From an uncultured delta proteobacterium (GTDB lineage Bacteria; Desulfobacterota; Binatia; Binatales; Binataceae): a stretch of DNA of 64,000 nt. Each line of letters opens with the position of its first letter. Positions within the stretch are counted from its first letter, which is position 1. The notes under the pieces are model-generated. The model had not been told where the DNA came from and did not search any database. It worked only from the letters and a program-made list of their open reading frames with translations. Below, piece by piece: positions 59,365-64,000 of this stretch. Where the stretch lies: the NCBI GenBank assembly GCA_963815255.1, contig CAWFGH010000009.1, positions 63,467-127,466 on the forward strand. Direction: 5' to 3'. Position numbers and translations under genes: made by a program.

Positions 59365-61287
59365 ATGCTGCGCAAGATTTTTGCCATGCTCGTGATCCTG
59401 ATGCTGCCCATGTTGGCGGGCGAAGCACCTGCTCTGCTCGCGCAGACGGCGCCGATGCCGCCGGCCGCTCCGCCTCCGCCCTCCTCGGGCCTGGCGGTCG
59501 GCGTTCCCAAGCTGCCGCCCATCGCCACCCCGCGCAACCAACAAGTCATCCCGGTGCCGGCGGCCCCCCCGCCCGATCTCAATACGCCCTCCAGTCAGAC
59601 CGCGCCCTTTGAGCACGGCGCCTCAGTGCTGTCGCTGCCCGGAACTTTCGCTACCCAGGTGTCGCCGACCGAGCGGGTGCCGCCGGAGAGCATCATCAGC
59701 CAGTCCTACCTGGGCTCGCGCGACGATACAGTACGCGGTCTCTCGCTCAAGCAGGCGGTATACATCGGGCTTTCGAACAATCCCAACGTGAAAGTCGCCG
59801 AACTCGATCCGCTGGCCAGCGAAGAGGCGGTAAAGGTCGCCAACGCCACGTTCGATCCTGCGCTGACCGCCGAGGGCGACATCATGAAGAGCGTGGTGCC
59901 CGTTACCTCGCCATTCCAGGTCGCCGGCAGCCGCGCGTTCACCAACAAGCTCTATGATTGGGACTTCGGACTTAACAAAGTCTCCGCGCTGACCAACGGC
60001 ACGTTCGGTATCACCTTCGACAACGAACGAGCATTTTCCAATTCGACTTTCGCTGCGATCAACCCGTCATACACCCCGCAGCTTGCACTCTCGATCTCTC
60101 AACCGCTGCTGCGCAACTTCGGCTGGAACTTCGCCACCCTCAACGTGCGGATTGCTGAGTCCTCGCAGAAGGAGTCGCAGTGGAACATGGAGCAGACCAT
60201 CGAGGACTTCGTGCTGCGGATCGGCACCGATTACTGGAACGTGGTGCAGGCCGAAGAGAATCTGCAGGTGGCCGAGTATGCGCTCCGCCTGAACAGCGAC
60301 CTGGTGCGCCAGAACCGAATCTCGTTGCAGGTCGGGACCCTTGCTCCGATCGATCTGCAGGAGGCGCAATCGGCCGAAGCCACCTCCGCGGCCAATGTCT
60401 ACACCGCCCAGGCGACGCAGCGGGCCGCGCGCGCGGCCCTGCGGCAGGACGTGATGATGAATCCGTCGTCGACCTTTGTGCCGCAGGAGATCGAGCCCAC
60501 CGACAAGCCCAATCCGGCGCGCGAGACGAACCCCAACGAGGAAGTTGCGCTGGAGACCGCGATCCAGTTTCGGCCTTCGCTGGAGGCGATGCGCGAGGGG
60601 ATCCGCGGCGCGCTGATGCAGGTGAAGTTCTCTGAGAATCAGACCCTGCCGCAGCTCAATCTGGGTGCGCAGTTTGGGCTCACCTCGACCGCTGGGACAA
60701 CGCCTTGCATCCGCAACATCGCCAGTATCCTCAGCGGTAACTGCGCGGCAGTGCCGCGGGTGCCCGGATCCGGCACCAAGCTGCAGTTCGGCGGAGTCTA
60801 TGGTGACGCGCTCAACCGTCTGTTCGGCACCAGCTTCTACAATTACGCCGCGGTGCTGAACTTCGAATATCCGATCGACAACGCGGCCGCGCGCTCGGTG
60901 CTCGCGCAGACTCGCGTACAGTACGAGTCGCTCCGGATGCAGTACCGGGCGTCGATATCAACCGCGGTGGTGGCGGTGCAGACCGCGCTTGCCAACCTGG
61001 AGGCCGATCAGAAACGTGTGCAGGCGACCCGCGAGGCGACCTACTATGCCGCGCAATCGCTGCACGACGAGGAGATCCGCTTCAAGGTCGGGATGGCGAC
61101 CACGCACGACCTGCTGCAGTTCCAGGAGCAGTTGATCTCGGCGCAGGGCAACCAGGTGCAGGCCGAGGTCGACCTCGAGGACGCCCGGCTTTCGCTCGAG
61201 CATGAGCAGGGCACGCTGCTGCGCGGCTTCCAAATCAACTTCGAGCTCCAGGATCCGCATCGTTCGCCCTGGTACTCGAAGTTCTGA
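59365..61287 (+). CDS. TolC-family outer-membrane efflux protein
   Basis: Signal peptide and two-repeat TolC/OMF architecture; about 640 aa. Confidence 0.75.
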   Translation: MLRKIFAMLVILMLPMLAGEAPALLAQTAPMPPAAPPPPSSGLAVGVPKLPPIATPRNQQVIPVPAAPPPDLNTPSSQTAPFEHGASVLSLPGTFATQVSPTERVPPESIISQSYLGSRDDTVRGLSLKQAVYIGLSNNPNVKVAELDPLASEEAVKVANATFDPALTAEGDIMKSVVPVTSPFQVAGSRAFTNKLYDWDFGLNKVSALTNGTFGITFDNERAFSNSTFAAINPSYTPQLALSISQPLLRNFGWNFATLNVRIAESSQKESQWNMEQTIEDFVLRIGTDYWNVVQAEENLQVAEYALRLNSDLVRQNRISLQVGTLAPIDLQEAQSAEATSAANVYTAQATQRAARAALRQDVMMNPSSTFVPQEIEPTDKPNPARETNPNEEVALETAIQFRPSLEAMREGIRGALMQVKFSENQTLPQLNLGAQFGLTSTAGTTPCIRNIASILSGNCAAVPRVPGSGTKLQFGGVYGDALNRLFGTSFYNYAAVLNFEYPIDNAAARSVLAQTRVQYESLRMQYRASISTAVVAVQTALANLEADQKRVQATREATYYAAQSLHDEEIRFKVGMATTHDLLQFQEQLISAQGNQVQAEVDLEDARLSLEHEQGTLLRGFQINFELQDPHRSPWYSKF

Positions 61288-61320
61288 CGCCGACTAGGAG
61301 ACCCGAGAAGGAGACCGACG

Positions 61321-61719
61321 ATGGAAAAGAAGTTTATCAATCCCGACACGATTCATACGCCGCGCGGCTACACTCATGTCGTCGCGCTGCAGGGCGGCCG
61401 GATGCTTTTCGTTTCGGGCCAGGTGGCGATCGACAAGGACGGCCAGATCGTGGGCAAGGGTGATCTGAAGGTGCAGGCGCACAAGGCGGCCGAGAACCTG
61501 GTCGCGGCGCTCAAGGGCGCCGGCGCCTCGCTCGCCGACGTGATCAAGATGAACACCTACGTCGTCAACTACAAGCAGGACGACTACCGCGCGATTAACG
61601 ACATGCGCCGCGAATTCTTTCCCAAAGAGAATCCACCCGCGTCGACGCTCATCGGCGTGGCAGCGCTGGCGGTCGACGGTCTGCTCATCGAGATCGAGGC
61701 CGTCGCCGCATTGCCCTAG
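61321..61719 (+). CDS. ridA: RidA/YjgF-family reactive-intermediate deaminase
   Basis: 132 aa with a YjgF-family pattern (VVALQGGRMLFVSGQV...VIKMNTYV...PASTLIGVAALAVDGLLIEIEAVA). Confidence 0.85.
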   Translation: MEKKFINPDTIHTPRGYTHVVALQGGRMLFVSGQVAIDKDGQIVGKGDLKVQAHKAAENLVAALKGAGASLADVIKMNTYVVNYKQDDYRAINDMRREFFPKENPPASTLIGVAALAVDGLLIEIEAVAALP

Positions 61720-61768
61720 CCGAGATCGCGCTTTTCGGTAATCGGCCCCGCAGCTGCGGCGGCGCGCG

Positions 61769-63211
61769 TCAGTCGGCGGCGCTCGCGGCGCCCGCTGCGG
61801 GCGCGAGCAGCCGCTGCGCGTACGGCATGATGGTCGCGAAAAGATCGACCCGCGAATCGAGCGTCTTGCCGAGTCCGCTCAGCAGGCCCATCACGCGCGT
61901 CACCAGCAGCACGTCGGCTGGAACTTCGACGATCGGATTGACCCTGAGCGCGCGCGGCAGCTCTTCGGAAAATTCCTCGATCAATTGCTTGTCGGCGTAG
62001 GCGCGGCCGCGTCGAATCGTATTGCCCAGGAGCAGGTTGGCGAGCGTTATCAGGGTCTCGGGCGAACCGTCGCGAGTGCGAAAGCCGAGTTGCTCGAACG
62101 CGGCCGCGATACCCGCGTTATCCACGGTCAGGATTGAAAACGTCAGGCGCACGATGCCGTCGCGAAAGCGCGGCGGAAAATCTTTGGCCAGGCCGAAGTC
62201 GAGCAGCACCAGGCGCGGCCCCGGCTGTACCATCACGTTGCCCGGATGCGGGTCGGCATGAAAAAAGCCGTCGCGCAGCACCTGCTCGCAGAACACCTCC
62301 ATCAGCTTCTGCGCCACCGCCTGCTTGTCGATCCCGGCCCGCTCCAGCGCCGCGACGTCGGTTATCTTGATCCCCTCGATCAGTTCCATCACGAGCACGC
62401 GGCGCGTGCTGAATTCGCGATATACGCGCGGCACCACGACGTCGGCGCGCGCGGCGAGGTTGCGCGCGATGGTTTCGCAGTTGTCGGCTTCGTGCTCGAA
62501 ATCGAGCTCCATCGGGATGTATTTGAACGCCTCGCGCATCAGGACGCGGAAGTCGAAGTCGTGTTCGAACCACGCTAGCACGCGCAGAATGACGGCGAGA
62601 TTGCGGAGATCGGCGCGCACGATGCCCTCGATGCCCGGATACTGGACCTTCACGGCGCATCGGCGGCCGTCGTGCAGCCGCGCGGCGTGAACCTGCGCGA
62701 GCGAGGCCGAGGCGAGCGGCTGCGGATCGAACTCGGCGAAGACGTCGTCGAGCGGGCGGCCGAGTTCGTGCTCGACCCGCTCGCGAATCGCCGCGAATGG
62801 ACGCGGCGGCACATGGTCGTGCAAGCCGGAGAGTGTGTTGACCCAGGCGTCGGGCAGCACGTCGGCGCGCGTGGCGATGAACTGGCAGGCCTTGATGAGC
62901 ATCCCCTGCAGCCGTACCGCAGAGCGATAGAGCGCGCGCGCCGCGCGACCGTCCTGGCGCCGATAGCGTTCCTCTTTTCGCGCGTCGCCGACGATCCGCG
63001 ACCATAGTTGGATCGATTTGTAGCCGGCATAGATATTTGCCGCGACCCAGGCGACGCTGACAAAGCGCCAGGCGCGCACCAGCCGGCCCGGCTCGGGCTC
63101 AGGTGCGCGCACGAGCCGCTCAGCATCGGATTTTGGTGTAGGTATTCGCACTTCGTCGGCGTAAACTGGTCGATTCTCGCGGCAACTTCCGGATGGCCGA
63201 TTGCTCCACAC
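61769..63211 (-). CDS. ubiB: ABC1/UbiB-family atypical protein kinase
   Basis: Motifs ASLAQVHAA...AVKVQYPGI, DFxxE and HADPHPGN. The start may be an internal codon; the N-terminal extent is uncertain. Confidence 0.75.
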   Translation of the reverse strand: MWSNRPSGSCRENRPVYADEVRIPTPKSDAERLVRAPEPEPGRLVRAWRFVSVAWVAANIYAGYKSIQLWSRIVGDARKEERYRRQDGRAARALYRSAVRLQGMLIKACQFIATRADVLPDAWVNTLSGLHDHVPPRPFAAIRERVEHELGRPLDDVFAEFDPQPLASASLAQVHAARLHDGRRCAVKVQYPGIEGIVRADLRNLAVILRVLAWFEHDFDFRVLMREAFKYIPMELDFEHEADNCETIARNLAARADVVVPRVYREFSTRRVLVMELIEGIKITDVAALERAGIDKQAVAQKLMEVFCEQVLRDGFFHADPHPGNVMVQPGPRLVLLDFGLAKDFPPRFRDGIVRLTFSILTVDNAGIAAAFEQLGFRTRDGSPETLITLANLLLGNTIRRGRAYADKQLIEEFSEELPRALRVNPIVEVPADVLLVTRVMGLLSGLGKTLDSRVDLFATIMPYAQRLLAPAAGAASAAD

Positions 63212-63237
63212 GGGGGAGCCCTTCGAGAGTCTAAAGT

Positions 63238-64000
63238 ATGTCAGTCGGGCAGCGAAATGCCGAGGACGCGCCGGTGGCCGCCGTTAGCCAAAGCGGCAGA
63301 AACGGCGCGGCGCTACGCGAGATCACGCGGCGCTACTACGCGATGTGGTGGGGGTACGCGTTCGCCGGCGGCTTTCTATACGGTGTCTATCCGTTGTTTC
63401 TGCGTTCGCGCGGCCTCGACCAGTTCGAAATCAACAGTGTGCTGGCGTGCTACTTCGTGGTGATGTTCCTGACTGACGTGCCGACCGGCGCATTCGCCGA
63501 CGCGATGGGCCGCCGGCGCTCGTTCGTCCTGGGCTGCGCGACGCGAGCCGCCGCCTTCACGGTCTATTTCTTCGCGCATCATTTCCTGGTTTTCGTGATC
63601 GCCGAGTCTATCGACGGGATTGGCACGACGTTGTGCAACGGTGCGATCGACGCGTGGGGCGTCGATGCGCTGGACGCGGCCGGCTTTCATGGGATTAAGG
63701 ACCGGCTCTTCTCGCGCATTTCGCAACTGACCAACTTCGGCTTCATGGGCGCCGCGATAATCGGCGCCTACGTTGCCGACTTCAACATCGCGCTCCCGTG
63801 GATGCTGGGTGCTGCCGGCTTTGCGATGGCCGGCATGGCCGCGATCTACCTGATGCGCGAGGATCATCGCGAGCAAGCGTATCGCGCGGGCGCGCCGCGA
63901 ATCAGGCTCGAGGGCTTGTACGCGCAGGTGGCGGCGCGCGTCATGACCGGTCTGCGGCAGGGCTTCCACAGCCGCACGGTGCTGATGCTCAGCAGCGCGA
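63238..64000 (+). CDS. MFS-family transporter, N-terminal part (continues beyond the window)
   Basis: The frame is open from ATG 63238 to the window end. Multiple TM segments and the MFS motif DAMGRRR (GRR.. after TM2) are present. This ORF is absent from the supplied track because it lacks a stop. Confidence 0.55.
   Translation, partial: MSVGQRNAEDAPVAAVSQSGRNGAALREITRRYYAMWWGYAFAGGFLYGVYPLFLRSRGLDQFEINSVLACYFVVMFLTDVPTGAFADAMGRRRSFVLGCATRAAAFTVYFFAHHFLVFVIAESIDGIGTTLCNGAIDAWGVDALDAAGFHGIKDRLFSRISQLTNFGFMGAAIIGAYVADFNIALPWMLGAAGFAMAGMAAIYLMREDHREQAYRAGAPRIRLEGLYAQVAARVMTGLRQGFHSRTVLMLSSA

Noticed and set aside
63376-63969. Minus-strand 197-aa ORF at the window end
   Set aside because: It is antisense to a much better-supported plus-strand MFS transporter reading frame, which is open from 63238 to the window edge.

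Overview
This is a high-GC (~68%) chromosomal window from a Gram-negative bacterium; lpxD, waaF, TonB/ExbBD, a TonB-dependent receptor and a TolC-like gene are all present. The largest block (about 11.8-26.0 kb) is a near-complete hopanoid biosynthesis cluster. It runs TetR regulator, hpnH, a polyprenyl diphosphate synthase, a zinc alcohol dehydrogenase, squalene-hopene cyclase, dxr, hpnC, hpnD, hpnE, hpnA, a polytopic membrane protein, hpnG on the minus strand, and hpnK. Around it lie a TonB-dependent uptake module with a ZIP metal transporter, aminopeptidase N, central and lipid metabolism genes (zwf, malQ, thiolase, enoyl-CoA hydratase, SDRs), and LPS genes.

Four things seem most worth a second look:
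- A putative UGSC-family selenoprotein gene at 54989-55516. It has an in-frame TGA (55274-55276) followed 3 nt later by a SECIS-like hairpin, and it sits in an operon with a thiolase and a thioredoxin-like CxxC protein.
- A lower-GC island at about 28.7-32.3 kb. It encodes a SAM-dependent methyltransferase fused to seven ~47-aa tandem repeats that look like a PLL/tectonin-type beta-propeller lectin. The repeats are also visible as ~141-bp tandem repeats in the DNA.
- A polyprenyl-phospho-sugar glycosylation module: two GT87/DUF2029 paralogues flank a methyltransferase-GT2 fusion and GDP-L-fucose synthase.
- A small secreted Cys-rich ORF, two small paralogous lipoproteins, and a 300-bp insert flanked by ~44-bp direct repeats that duplicate the 3' end of a gene.

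At least six CDSs carry apparent +1 frameshifts: the TonB-dependent receptor has three, and the zinc ADH, hpnG and a FabG-like SDR have one each. All six go in the same direction, so they may be sequencing or assembly indels rather than true pseudogenes. No rRNA, tRNA, CRISPR array or recognisable transposase was found.
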